Shown: one piece after another, positions 35,828 to 44,843 of the stretch
Position numbering within the stretch: position 1 is the stretch's first letter
How the letters are laid out: each line of letters starts with the position of its first letter
IMG/VR virus record: IMGVR_UViG_3300036761_001580
Location: 5,198-69,197 of that record
DNA from: a virus
Strand: one strand, 5' to 3'
DNA: 64,000 nt
The notes under the pieces: model-generated
Told to the model about the DNA's origin: nothing
Databases searched by the model: none
What the model saw: only the letters and a program-made list of their open reading frames with translations
Made by a program: the position numbers and the translations under genes

Positions 35828-36099
35828 TCAGTCTCCTCGACCATCAGCCGGGCAAAAGCCGGAGTCTTCTCCCCGACCCACGACCCGGTGACGTTGAAAT
35901 CCATGAACTCGACCGCTTCGTCGTAGTCCATCTTGTCACGCTCCATCAGGATCTTCACGCACTTGTCCCAGTCGTACAGCGCGACAGGACCGCGGTTGAA
36001 CTGGGTGGAGACCCCGACCAGAGCCTCCTCGAAGCCGTCTGCAAAGAGGATCTCCTCGTCGACTTCGGCGACCTGCTCTCGGATGGTCTGCTTGGGCAT
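35824..36099 (-). CDS. Hypothetical acidic protein
   Basis: 91-aa ORF downstream of promoter 36126-36153. Confidence 0.35.
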   Translation of the reverse strand: MPKQTIREQVAEVDEEILFADGFEEALVGVSTQFNRGPVALYDWDKCVKILMERDKMDYDEAVEFMDFNVTGSWVGEKTPAFARLMVEETE

Positions 36100-36125
36100 A
36101 CGTGCTCCCTTCGAACCTGCTAGAT

Positions 36126-36153
36126 AATATAGTGAGCCTCAGTAAGAAGTCAA
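36126..36153 (-). promoter_or_regulatory. Sigma70-like promoter TTGACT-N16-TATATT
   Basis: Minus reading cctcTTGACTtcttactgaggctcacTATATTatc. Confidence 0.45.
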
Positions 36154-36157
36154 GAGG

Positions 36158-36526
36158 CTACTTCTGCCGGAAATCGTACACCTTCGTGTAGTCAAAGAGG
36201 TCGGCCATCTCCTCGGGGTAGACCTTGGCCGGCAGGTAGTCGAGCCCTGCGGCCTGGGCGGCGAGCCACCGATGGTGCCCATCGACGATGAGGTACTCCC
36301 CACCCCCGTTGTAGAGGACGGAGATCTCAGGCATGCCTTCAGGCCAGCCCTCGGAGAGGCGCATCATCTCCGCCATGTCAGCAACTTCTCGGGGGTCCTT
36401 TGTGGCGAGGTCCTCGGTCGGAGACAGGCTATCGATGGGAACATCCTCGAACCAAGGCTCCACCTGAGCCTCGGAAATCTTGAGAAGGGATCGATCTGAC
36501 AGGGCCAAGCGCATGGTGCAAAACAT
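36158..36526 (-). CDS. ParB-like nuclease domain protein
   Basis: LIVDGHHRWLAAQAAGLDYLPAKVY matches the ParB/Srx-fold motif. Confidence 0.45.
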   Translation of the reverse strand: MFCTMRLALSDRSLLKISEAQVEPWFEDVPIDSLSPTEDLATKDPREVADMAEMMRLSEGWPEGMPEISVLYNGGGEYLIVDGHHRWLAAQAAGLDYLPAKVYPEEMADLFDYTKVYDFRQK

Positions 36527-36543
36527 AACACGAAAGTGTTATG
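36524..36543. promoter_or_regulatory. Perfect 8-bp inverted repeat CATAACAC-gaaa-GTGTTATG (operator candidate)
   Basis: In the divergent gap between the ParB-like gene and the rightward 36602/37023 gene pair. Followed by an extended -10 TGgTACACT. Confidence 0.5.
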
Positions 36544-36601
36544 AGATCTAAAAATGCAAACAGGCTGTGGTACACTGCGAGGCGTCACAGAGGAGGATAC
36601 C

Positions 36602-36946
36602 ATGATCACCGCGCAGGAAGCCCAGGCACAGGTTCTCGAAGTCATCGCAGCCCGGCTGGAGGGGGAGATCGACGAAGAGCCCAGCACCGCGGCCGTGAAG
36701 ACGAAGATCGAGACCGCCGTCACCACCGCGATCAGCGAGGAGCTTTTGTCGACCGCTCTGGACCTTACCGAGGTGGAAATCGGGCTCTTCAAAAGCGCCC
36801 CATTCAGCGAGTGGCTGACGGCCCTGAGCTACACCTTCTCGATCACTCCAGTCTTCAACGTAGCGGTAGACCCTCCGACAGCGAATGGAGGGGTCCTCAC
36901 GATCTCGTGGTACGGCTCGGCCTACGGCAGAAGCCCATCCGCGTAG
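36602..36946 (+). CDS. Small acidic hypothetical protein (anti-defence candidate)
   Basis: Start at MITAQEAQ with strong RBS GAGGAGG. Directly upstream of an HTH gene and downstream of a palindromic operator. Confidence 0.35.
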   Translation: MITAQEAQAQVLEVIAARLEGEIDEEPSTAAVKTKIETAVTTAISEELLSTALDLTEVEIGLFKSAPFSEWLTALSYTFSITPVFNVAVDPPTANGGVLTISWYGSAYGRSPSA

Positions 36947-37022
36947 TCTTAAAAACCGCTCCCCCAGTTTAAGAATTTATGGTATCAGTTTACAAGGGTT
37001 TGTAAACCAAAGGAGCGCATCA

Positions 37023-37265
37023 ATGGCGGCAAGGAAGATTCAGGGTCGCGTTTTGAACCGCAAGGAGGTCAAGATCGCGATGATTCGCCAGGACCTGACC
37101 CCCACGGACCTGGCGAAGGCCTTGTCGATCTCCAAGATGACGATGAACGCCCGCATCCAGGGACGAACGAGGTGCCGGATGCTGGAGGTGGAGAGGCTCG
37201 TCGAGGTCCTCAAGGTCGACTTCGATCTGATCACGATGCCGGAAGGGACCGAGCCCATCGAGTGA
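37023..37265 (+). CDS. Cro/C1-type (XRE) HTH transcriptional regulator
   Basis: 81-aa. IRQDLTPTDLAKALSISKMTMNARIQG is a canonical XRE helix-turn-helix. Confidence 0.55.
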   Translation: MAARKIQGRVLNRKEVKIAMIRQDLTPTDLAKALSISKMTMNARIQGRTRCRMLEVERLVEVLKVDFDLITMPEGTEPIE

Positions 37266-37274
37266 GGCTGAAGC

Positions 37275-37466
37275 CTATCCCTTCAACGAAGCTCTCACGT
37301 CCCAGGTCCAGGTCTTCGTTCGACAGTCGTAGCACGACACCACACGGCACCTGCATTCCGGGCAACAGTAGCGTCCGTCAGGCTTGCCTTCCATCATCAT
37401 GCGCTCTGCGTACGAAAACAGATGTCCGCAGTGGGGGCACTTGCGCTGATCTGCGTTCTTCTTCAT
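37275..37466 (-). CDS. Small zinc-finger protein
   Basis: 63-aa. CPHCGH...CCPECRC...CYDC. Confidence 0.35.
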   Translation of the reverse strand: MKKNADQRKCPHCGHLFSYAERMMMEGKPDGRYCCPECRCRVVSCYDCRTKTWTWDVRASLKG

Positions 37467-37472
37467 CTTAGG

Positions 37473-37500
37473 AGTGTAACCATCAATTTTGGTGTGTCAA
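37473..37500 (-). promoter_or_regulatory. Sigma70-like promoter TTGACA-N16-TACACT
   Basis: Minus reading cccTTGACAcaccaaaattgatggtTACACTcc. Confidence 0.45.
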
Positions 37501-37743
37501 GGGGTCGGGGAAAGCTCGGGTTGCACTTTCTGGCGGATCAGCTCTAGAGCTTCCCCCGGAAGGCTCTCGGGGTGCGGGTGCGTGAGCAGCTCTTCGAGCA
37601 TCCGCTTGGTCTCCAGGGAGAGCGGACGGTGCTTCAGGGCCCACTTCGCCTTCTTCTTGAGAGTCTGGATCTTCACTTTTTATGCTCCGTCCTGAAGCTG
37701 TCGTCGGGACTCCTAAATCGTCCCGCAGGTACTTTTTTTCCCA

Positions 37744-37935
37744 TTAATCCTCGTCGTCTTTTATGGGTACCCACTGCTTGTCCATCACGTACATGTAGAC
37801 CGCGTTGCAGACCACGCACCCGATCCGAGTGCCGTTCTCCGGGTTCGGCGGATGCGGGATCAGGTTCCCGCAGGAGCAGCCCACCCTGCCGGTCCAGTCC
37901 GGCTGAGGTGTGAGTGTGAAGAGGATTCCGTTCAC
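37744..37935 (-). CDS. Small Cys-rich protein
   Basis: 63-aa ORF. Confidence 0.3.
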   Translation of the reverse strand: MNGILFTLTPQPDWTGRVGCSCGNLIPHPPNPENGTRIGCVVCNAVYMYVMDKQWVPIKDDED

Positions 37936-38261
37936 TTCTTCTCCACGAAGTCTTCGAGGTTCCCGAGAGTCACCGGCTCCACCCAGGCGACAACACCGTT
38001 CTTTACGAGGTTCTCAACCTGAACGCCGGCCTCGGCCGCGGTCCAGAAGGCCCCCGGGTGGACCGGTCCGATTGCCATACCATGCTGGGTGTTCGTCAAG
38101 GACAGGACCACGTAGATCTTCTTCTGCTCACGCAGCGCCCTCTCGGCGTCGAGCGCCCGTTGCAGCCAGCAAAGCAAGCAGCAAGGTTCTCCGGAATACG
38201 GATCCTGAAAGAGATGAAGACCCTCCCTACGGCACTTCGAACAGAGCTTCTTCTTGCTCAT
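37932..38261 (-). CDS. Hypothetical Cys-containing protein
   Basis: Start taken at MSKKKLCSKC. The longer ORF-track N-terminus is Gly/Pro junk overlapping 38258..38470. Confidence 0.35.
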   Translation of the reverse strand: MSKKKLCSKCRREGLHLFQDPYSGEPCCLLCWLQRALDAERALREQKKIYVVLSLTNTQHGMAIGPVHPGAFWTAAEAGVQVENLVKNGVVAWVEPVTLGNLEDFVEKK

Positions 38262-38470
38262 GTCGCCAGCCCCGACAGCCACCTCTCGGCCACGGTGCGG
38301 TCGGTACCTTCGTACACGGTCTCTCCGTTGTGGGTGACCCGGTAGGTGCGGTCCCACGCCCGGACCCACAGCCGGACCATCACCTGGTGGTCCTGCTTCG
38401 AGAGGAACTGGTCCCAGTGGTCCAGAAAATGGCTTTCGAGGGCTTCCCAGAAAAGCGTTTGTCCCGACAT
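38258..38470 (-). CDS. Hypothetical protein
   Basis: 70-aa ORF immediately downstream of promoter 38493-38520. Confidence 0.35.
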   Translation of the reverse strand: MSGQTLFWEALESHFLDHWDQFLSKQDHQVMVRLWVRAWDRTYRVTHNGETVYEGTDRTVAERWLSGLAT

Positions 38471-38492
38471 TCTTCACCTCCTAGCCTGGATA

Positions 38493-38520
38493 CTATAGTC
38501 AGCCCGTACAGGAAGTCAAG
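38493..38520 (-). promoter_or_regulatory. Sigma70-like promoter TTGACT-N16-TATAGT
   Basis: Minus reading ccTTGACTtcctgtacgggctgacTATAGTatc. Confidence 0.5.
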
Positions 38521-38818
38521 GGGCCTTTTCGGGGGTCTTCGGAGGGACGCACCACTTCTGGTAGTTCTCATGTCCCGACCAATGGTGATCGCACCAGGAG
38601 TCCTTCCAAGGTCTCCAGCTCATTCTGATGAAGTCGCTAGAGTCGCTTCCCGAACACCCAACGGCGTATTTCCCATCGATGATGTAGATCTGCTCAGAGG
38701 ACGCCTCAATGACTTCGACCTTGCGCCCCGGATAGAGCTGTCGGGCGTTGTCGTCACAGTTAGCACGGTCCAGACAGCCAGAGCAGAGCACCGCCAGGGC
38801 AAACATCAGGTATCGCAT
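38516..38818 (-). CDS. Secreted lipoprotein (signal peptide + lipobox LCSGC)
   Basis: MRYLMFALAVLCSGC N-terminus. 100 aa, Cys/Trp-rich. Confidence 0.5.
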   Translation of the reverse strand: MRYLMFALAVLCSGCLDRANCDDNARQLYPGRKVEVIEASSEQIYIIDGKYAVGCSGSDSSDFIRMSWRPWKDSWCDHHWSGHENYQKWCVPPKTPEKAP

Positions 38819-39111
38819 TTTCCCTCCAGCCCTCTGAGGTCAACGGTGATGTGTTCCAAAGGCATCTTCAGAGAAGCCTTGTAGGTGACGGAGCCGTCCT
38901 CCAGGACCTTGATGTCAGTGATCTCGGAAAGGATGCTGTCATCTACGGGAGAGGTCACCCGCAGCTCATCGGGCGGCATCTCCGGATCGATAACGATTCT
39001 CACCTTGGCTCCGAAGAGGACTTTTTCGAGAACTCTCACCTCATGAGAGGCGTCCGGGCTCCGCATGGACCCGAAGTCCGAGAACAGCATGTCAGGGGTG
39101 TCTACCTTCAT
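38806..39111 (-). CDS. Hypothetical protein
   Basis: Start taken at MKVDTPDM. The upstream part of the ORF-track call is antisense junk. Confidence 0.3.
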   Translation of the reverse strand: MKVDTPDMLFSDFGSMRSPDASHEVRVLEKVLFGAKVRIVIDPEMPPDELRVTSPVDDSILSEITDIKVLEDGSVTYKASLKMPLEHITVDLRGLEGKCDT

Positions 39112-39119
39112 GCTTGGCC

Positions 39120-39365
39120 CTACTTGGGGAGAGCGAAGAAGTTCTGCGCCTGGAACCAGGAGATCAGAGTCGCGCTCGTCTCTTCGGGGGTGAACCCTGC
39201 TTCGGTCAAGGCCTTGCGCAGGCCCTTCAGAACCTCCGCCAGGTCTTCCATCGTGATCCCCTGGGTGAGCCACCCCGTCTTGGGATCGTAGGCTTTCAGA
39301 ACCAAACCCTTCTCCGCCTTGCTTGTCGTCATCTTGCGCTCCTTGGTCTTCGAGTTGTTTTTCAC
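39120..39365 (-). CDS. Hypothetical basic protein
   Basis: 81-aa ORF immediately downstream of promoter 39392-39420. Confidence 0.35.
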   Translation of the reverse strand: MKNNSKTKERKMTTSKAEKGLVLKAYDPKTGWLTQGITMEDLAEVLKGLRKALTEAGFTPEETSATLISWFQAQNFFALPK

Positions 39366-39391
39366 TGCACACCCACCTTTCCCACCAGGGC

Positions 39392-39420
39392 ACTATAAGC
39401 ATACCCCCTCAGGAAGTCAA
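39392..39420 (-). promoter_or_regulatory. Sigma70-like promoter TTGACT-N17-TATAGT (leftward arm of divergent pair)
   Basis: Minus reading gcccTTGACTtcctgagggggtatgctTATAGTgcc. Confidence 0.55.
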
Positions 39421-39446
39421 GGGCAGAAAATCGCCAAAAAGGGGTC

Positions 39447-39475
39447 TTGACTTCCGCAGCAGGCATACTTATAGT
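39447..39475 (+). promoter_or_regulatory. Sigma70-like promoter TTGACT-N17-TATAGT (rightward arm of divergent pair)
   Basis: ggggtcTTGACTtccgcagcaggcatactTATAGTtgcc. Marks the switch to a ~17-kb rightward gene block. Confidence 0.55.
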
Positions 39476-39506
39476 TGCCAGGTCCGGCATTGCGAAAGGT
39501 GGTCCA

Positions 39507-39989
39507 GTGAAGTGGAAGAGGAAAGACGGTTGCCTACGGTGTGGTGAGGGAAACGCCCAGGCTCGCATCCAGGAGCGCGAGGGGCGGTTCTGGCTGTCCT
39601 GGAGGCTTCCGGGAGGTGCCTGGGAGGTAGGGCAGTCGTTCGGCAGCGCCGAGGACGCCAAGGCCGTAGGAGAGACGGTGCTCAAGGCCATGCTGGAATT
39701 CGAGAGCCAGGAGAAGGCCTACTTCCAGAAACGTCGGGACTTCTACTCCGAACGCCAGAAGAAGAGGGACAGCCTCACACCCGAGGAGAAGTCCCTCAGG
39801 GCCGCCTTCGAGGCGTACGCGAAGCTGAACCCTGAGGAGCGGGACTACGCCCGGAAGATGGCCCCCCGGGTCATCGGCATTTTCGATAAAGTTCTTGCGG
39901 AGGAACACAGCGCCAGTGGGACGGTTGAGGGTCCCAACGACAAGGTCCTTGCTGAGGAGCAGCAGGAAGGTCAGGCCGCGGATGCGTGA
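39507..39989 (+). CDS. Hypothetical protein
   Basis: GTG start after RBS AAAGGTGG. The ORF-track Met at 39447 coincides with the promoter -35. Confidence 0.35.
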   Translation: MKWKRKDGCLRCGEGNAQARIQEREGRFWLSWRLPGGAWEVGQSFGSAEDAKAVGETVLKAMLEFESQEKAYFQKRRDFYSERQKKRDSLTPEEKSLRAAFEAYAKLNPEERDYARKMAPRVIGIFDKVLAEEHSASGTVEGPNDKVLAEEQQEGQAADA

Positions 39990-40596
39990 GTCCAAAGACA
40001 TCACTCGGGAAGAGCTGCTCAACATGATCAGATTCCTTCGAGGAGCCTTGTTCATCGGGGACCCGCCGATTGGTGAGCTGAGCGGCTTGGAGCTGAGCAA
40101 CATGCAGGATGAGCACACGCGGCTCTACCTGGAGACCGCCTTCGACCTCTCTGACGCTGAGTGCAGCTACAAGACCGCGGCCGAGAAGATCGCCTCTCTG
40201 GAGGAGAAGCTGGCCGATGCGAAGGCGGTCATCGAGATGAACAAGGACGTCATCTCCGAGAAGGCAGCGAAGACCTTCATCCAGGCTACCAAGGTAGTCT
40301 GCGAGAACGTCGACAAGCTCGGTAAGCAGATGATCGACATCATCAAGAGGGCCTGTGACGATTGCCCCCACCGGCAGACGATTCCCTGCGAGACCTGCAA
40401 GCTGGCCGAAGAGATGGAGGGGCCTGAGGACCTGGAAAGGCTCGTCCGACGCGGCTGGCTCGGCAAGACGATGACCGCAGAGGAGCGCGAGGAGCAGCGC
40501 CGCAGCTTCGCCCACGGCAACGTGAGCCTCCACAACCCGAACGTGACCCGAGAGCTGATCGACCAGGAGGCCGAGAAGCTGAAAGGTGGAAAGTAG
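39983..40596 (+). CDS. Hypothetical coiled-coil protein with CxxC...CxxC
   Basis: Start at MRESKDIT, overlapping the upstream stop (ATGCGTGA). Confidence 0.4.
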
Positions 40597-40597
40597 G

Positions 40598-41842
40598 ATG
40601 TCGAAGTTCCAAGAAGGTGACACGGTCAGGGTCAACGCGGAAGGTAAGGAGTACCACGGTGCCATGGGGATCGTAAAAATCCCCCATATCCAGTGCACCG
40701 ACGACCCCGTGAACCTCGTGGGGGTGGTACTCGACATGGATGCGTACTCCGGAGTGGCCCGGTGGTTTGCGGAGGATGACCTCCTTCTGGGACACAGGAA
40801 GACCACCAAGTCCTTGGGGATGAGCTACCTGACACCGAAGGAGAAGGATCTTTCGGTGAAGGACGTTCCTCGAACGAAGTTCGAAGGCCTAGTCTCGAAG
40901 CCGATTCTCAATCCCGAAGATACGAAGGCGTTCGACAAGCTCATCAGCGTGGACCTCGAACACTTCGAAAAGAGGTTGTGCGCGGCGCTCGGGGTAAAGA
41001 AGGAGCTACTCAAGGTGGATCGAGATCACTTCGAAAAGCAAGAGGCCGTGGCTCACGGGTTCGAGAAGCCGAACCCCGAGGTGCAGAAGCGTTCCGCGGC
41101 CGAGAAGCTCGCGCGGTTCGCCGAGTCGTACGGCATGTCGAAAGAGACCTTCAAGAAGGAAGTCTTCGGTGATGGTAGCGAATTCACGGTTAAGATCCCC
41201 GGGGATGCAGCACGGAGGGCGGCCATGAAGATCCGTCTGAGAGAGATGAAGGACATCCTGGACCGAGGCCTCCGCATCCCGAAAGAACACATGGCCGAGT
41301 ACAAGTTCCTGGTGGACGCGGTGGGGGAGGAGTACCGGCTCGACATGGAGGGGAAGCTGGCCGACATACGAATACAGCGAGCCGCGGAGATGACCAAGAA
41401 TCTGGGCATGAATATGAATATATTTCCCAAGCTCTCCTTCGACGTGGTCGAGTGGGACCGGGACATCTCGAAGCCCGCCCTCAAGGAGACCTGGAGCGCG
41501 ACCATCGTGCTCGCCTCCGGCAGAGAGGTCTCGATCCCGGATCCGAACCCCGAGAAGTGGGAGCTGGTCGAGACCAAGAAGGATCTGCCGATCAAGAAGA
41601 TACTGATCACCCCACTCAGCGGGATCAATCAACCCGGCAACGAGGGAAAGGTCTACCCGGTCGTTCACGAGGCGGGACGGTGCTGGATCAAGGACATGGC
41701 CCGGATCGTGTCCCAGACCGAGCGCGTCAGCCCCTTCGAGGAACGTTTCTCGTATCTCGTCGAGCTGCGGCACTTCAAGGAGAAGGCCGTCGTGGAGAAC
41801 TCCTACACGAACGCTCTGCCGACCCTCTCGGTGCTCTGGTAG
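40598..41842 (+). CDS. Hypothetical protein (~415 aa)
   Basis: Start MSKFQEGD. Confidence 0.45.
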   Translation: MSKFQEGDTVRVNAEGKEYHGAMGIVKIPHIQCTDDPVNLVGVVLDMDAYSGVARWFAEDDLLLGHRKTTKSLGMSYLTPKEKDLSVKDVPRTKFEGLVSKPILNPEDTKAFDKLISVDLEHFEKRLCAALGVKKELLKVDRDHFEKQEAVAHGFEKPNPEVQKRSAAEKLARFAESYGMSKETFKKEVFGDGSEFTVKIPGDAARRAAMKIRLREMKDILDRGLRIPKEHMAEYKFLVDAVGEEYRLDMEGKLADIRIQRAAEMTKNLGMNMNIFPKLSFDVVEWDRDISKPALKETWSATIVLASGREVSIPDPNPEKWELVETKKDLPIKKILITPLSGINQPGNEGKVYPVVHEAGRCWIKDMARIVSQTERVSPFEERFSYLVELRHFKEKAVVENSYTNALPTLSVLW

Positions 41843-41954
41843 AGCATGGGGCCGAACAAGAAAACCAGCGGGCTGGGTAGAATGCCCGACGGAGCCTGCC
41901 TCGGGATGGGCAGCACCGACTACTGCAACGACTGCGCATACGACGAGGTATCAC

Positions 41955-42305
41955 ATGGTTGACCCGAGCCAGACACCGCCTCCGTGGGTCAGCTGCATGA
42001 TCCGGGATGTCATCGACCGGGACTTCTTCGGCAGTGGGTTCCGGGTAGGACCTTGGCACTACGTCTGCGGAAAGTGCGGGTTCCGAATCCGCCTCGCGGA
42101 TCTCGATCCGGAAAAGCTCGATACGTGCCCGGAGTGCAAGTGGTCCGGCCCCGAGCCTCACGGGTACGGAGATGAGGCTCTCCACCGGCTGTGGACCAAA
42201 GCCGCCCGCTCCGCAGACTACTGCAAGGAGGAGTGGAAGGCTCTGGAGAAGCTCGTCCACGCCGGCATCGAGGCGCTCAAGAAGATCGCCGGAGAAAAGC
42301 GATGA
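41955..42305 (+). CDS. Zinc-ribbon protein
   Basis: CGKCGFRI...CPECKW. Confidence 0.4.
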   Translation: MVDPSQTPPPWVSCMIRDVIDRDFFGSGFRVGPWHYVCGKCGFRIRLADLDPEKLDTCPECKWSGPEPHGYGDEALHRLWTKAARSADYCKEEWKALEKLVHAGIEALKKIAGEKR

Positions 42306-42664
42306 CCTTCGACCGAGACCACTTCTCTCCGGAAGTCTACGACGCGAGGGACGCCGAGTTCTTCTTCGAGTACGGCCGGGCTCCATGGAGACGGTGGGAT
42401 CTCTTCAGGCACATCGAGCAGAAGTTCATCACAAGGGTAATGCCAGAGTACCTCAAAAAGCTGATGAAGGTAGCTGAATACATCGCGGTCCCCGACGAGA
42501 CCGCCGCCTTCGAGTTCGTCCTGACGCTGACGGACGAGGAGCTGATCGAAGCGCACTTCAACATCGACGATCAGGTACCGACCTGGATCACGGACATCAT
42601 CAAAACCGCGGTAGGGCATCGTCTGCTCGACAGGTCCCTAGAAATAGGAGTAGAGCCTTCATGA
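42302..42664 (+). CDS. Hypothetical protein
   Basis: Start MTFDRDHF (ATGA coupling). Confidence 0.4.
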   Translation: MTFDRDHFSPEVYDARDAEFFFEYGRAPWRRWDLFRHIEQKFITRVMPEYLKKLMKVAEYIAVPDETAAFEFVLTLTDEELIEAHFNIDDQVPTWITDIIKTAVGHRLLDRSLEIGVEPS

Positions 42665-42945
42665 GCGAAATGAATCGCAGCATCACCTTTCACTTCCCCG
42701 ACAAGAGCGCCGAGCCGATCTTGGAACTCAAGGAGTGCGGGGACATCCTAGTCCACGGCAAGGTCGTCGAGAACGACAAGGAGCTGGTGGACGGCCTGCG
42801 GGAATGGCTCGCCTTGGGTCGAACAGCGATGCAGGAACGCGCAGAAGCGGCCTGGCCTTGCGTGGAGGAGGTCCTCCACAGTGACATGCACACCAAGGGG
42901 AACTACAGCTTCTGCCCCTACTGCGGGAGGGACCTGAGAACATGA
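42661..42945 (+). CDS. Hypothetical protein with C-terminal CPYCG
   Basis: 94-aa ORF. Confidence 0.35.
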   Translation: MSEMNRSITFHFPDKSAEPILELKECGDILVHGKVVENDKELVDGLREWLALGRTAMQERAEAAWPCVEEVLHSDMHTKGNYSFCPYCGRDLRT

Positions 42946-43475
42946 GTTTCATCTCGATGGATGTCGAATCGGACGGGCCGTGCCCTGGTCTGTACTCGAT
43001 GGTGAGCTTCGGTGCCGTCGTCGTCGAGCCCGAGCTGAGCAGGACCTTCTACGGTCAGACGGCCCCGATCTCGGACCTGTGGATGCCGGAAGCCCTCTCG
43101 GTCAGCAGCACCACCCGGGAGATGCACCTGAAGTTCCGTCATCCTGAAAAAACGATGCAGGACTTCGAGACGTGGGTCAACGCCGTCTCCCCGAACAAGC
43201 CGGTGTTCATCTCCGACAACCCGGCGTTCGACTGGTCGTTCATCAACTACTACTTCCACAAGTTCCTCGGGAAGAACCCGTTCGGACACTCCGCCCGCAG
43301 GATCGGAGATCTGTACTGCGGGCTGATGAAGGACGCCGGCCGCAACCACGAGTGGAAGAAGCGCCTTCGGAAGACCGCGCACACGCACCATCCGGTCGAC
43401 GACGCCAAGGGCAACGCCGAGGCGATCCTGGAGATGCAGAAGATGGGCCTGAAGATCAACCTGGAGGGGAAGTAG
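42942..43475 (+). CDS. DEDDh-type 3'-5' exonuclease (DnaQ/RNase T-like)
   Basis: Exo I ISMDVESDG, Exo II FISDNPAFDWSF, Exo III HHPVDDAKGNAEA. Confidence 0.55.
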   Translation: MSFISMDVESDGPCPGLYSMVSFGAVVVEPELSRTFYGQTAPISDLWMPEALSVSSTTREMHLKFRHPEKTMQDFETWVNAVSPNKPVFISDNPAFDWSFINYYFHKFLGKNPFGHSARRIGDLYCGLMKDAGRNHEWKKRLRKTAHTHHPVDDAKGNAEAILEMQKMGLKINLEGK

Positions 43476-43769
43476 ATGTTCCGTAAGCTGAGCATCGAAA
43501 AGATCCCCGACCCTGGGAATGTCGGCCTTGGTCTCGGCCTTCTCGACGGTCGGCTGAACGCCTTCTTGGGCTGCTGGAGGCACGGGAAGCCTTGTCAGCC
43601 CAACTGCGTGGCGTTCGCAATCTCGTACATAGATCTCGAAGGGGAGGACGTCCCTGTGATCCGCTGCCGGGTCATGGAGGATAGCAATGTCATCGGTGAA
43701 CTGGTCCCTCACAAAGAGAAACCCTCGGAAGGGAAGCTGATCGAGTTCCCGGGAAAGGACAAGAACTGA
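43476..43769 (+). CDS. Hypothetical protein
   Basis: 97-aa ORF. Confidence 0.3.
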   Translation: MFRKLSIEKIPDPGNVGLGLGLLDGRLNAFLGCWRHGKPCQPNCVAFAISYIDLEGEDVPVIRCRVMEDSNVIGELVPHKEKPSEGKLIEFPGKDKN

Positions 43770-43770
43770 G

Positions 43771-44121
43771 ATGGTACCTTACGGCGGAGGAACGCAAGGC
43801 GTCGGAACTCTCATGTTCTGCGGAGCCCTGTACGACTCGTGCTACGACACCTCGTCGGGAACGGTCATCATCCCCAAGAGACGCCGTGGGCCTGTATATG
43901 TCCGGTACACCTACCGGTCGAAGAGGCCCAAGCTGCGCTACCCGACCATCATCCACAAGCCCAGCGTTCCGCGCAGGGCCGGGCCGATGCCTCAGCCGAA
44001 GACCATCGAGGTCTCCCCGAAGTCGACCAGGAGGGTGACGCTCGTCGCGTGGACGCGAGGCCACGTCCCGAAGGACCTCAGCTTGCGGACACTCAAGATG
44101 CTCACCATCACGAGGAGGTAG
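43771..44121 (+). CDS. Hypothetical basic protein
   Basis: 116-aa ORF. Confidence 0.3.
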   Translation: MVPYGGGTQGVGTLMFCGALYDSCYDTSSGTVIIPKRRRGPVYVRYTYRSKRPKLRYPTIIHKPSVPRRAGPMPQPKTIEVSPKSTRRVTLVAWTRGHVPKDLSLRTLKMLTITRR

Positions 44122-44124
44122 CAG

Positions 44125-44381
44125 TGGCACGCATTCGAACAGTGACAGTTACCGGTCAAGGCACCGTCAGGAACGGCGAGTACGTGCACTCCACGAGACC
44201 CTTCGTGGAGCACCAGGCGAAGATCGACTTCGACAAGGTCCACCTCATCGAGGATGGGAAGATCTACATCCTGGTGAAGTTCTGCGAGACGGACAAGGGT
44301 GTCGAGACGGTCTTCGAGTGCCGGGAGACCAAGGAGCAGCTCGAAGCGCTGCTGAATGAGCCGGAGAAGGAGACGACCTGA
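44125..44381 (+). CDS. Hypothetical protein
   Basis: GTG start after AGGAGG (VARIRTVTVTGQG...). Confidence 0.3.
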
Positions 44382-44626
44382 TGTGGTTCGACCCTGTAGG
44401 AATTTTTCCGTGGAAGGCCCTGGGCCATATACTCCTCTGGGTACTCCTCATCGGTGCAATTGTACTGATGCTGGTCGTGTCCTTTCAGAAGTGCTCTGAA
44501 GACAAGGCCTCCTACCGAGAGACCAGCACTCTCTGCCAAGACAAGGTGAAGGCAATGAAGCTCCACCCCATGGAGGCACGCACCGCGTACGACCTCTGCA
44601 AGGAGACGGACGGGAGGCTGCCATGA
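44381..44626 (+). CDS. Small membrane protein
   Basis: TM helix ILLWVLLIGAIVLMLVV. Confidence 0.35.
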   Translation: MWFDPVGIFPWKALGHILLWVLLIGAIVLMLVVSFQKCSEDKASYRETSTLCQDKVKAMKLHPMEARTAYDLCKETDGRLP

Positions 44627-44841
44627 CGGACAGAGTCTGCGCCCTGACGGTGATCCTGGACCATGACATGCGCACCGATGACGTGGACGACCTGGTGCGA
44701 GCGATCCGGCAGATGAGGAACGTCGCTAATGTCGTGCCGGAGATCTCGGAGCCCTTCGCGGAGGCGACTGCTCGGACGCGGCTCGCGCTGGAGCTGCAAG
44801 AGCAGTTCCACGGGATCATCGACAAGCTGTGGACGAGGTAA
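44623..44841 (+). CDS. Hypothetical protein
   Basis: 72-aa ORF. Confidence 0.3.
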   Translation: MTDRVCALTVILDHDMRTDDVDDLVRAIRQMRNVANVVPEISEPFAEATARTRLALELQEQFHGIIDKLWTR

Positions 44842-44843
44842 CG

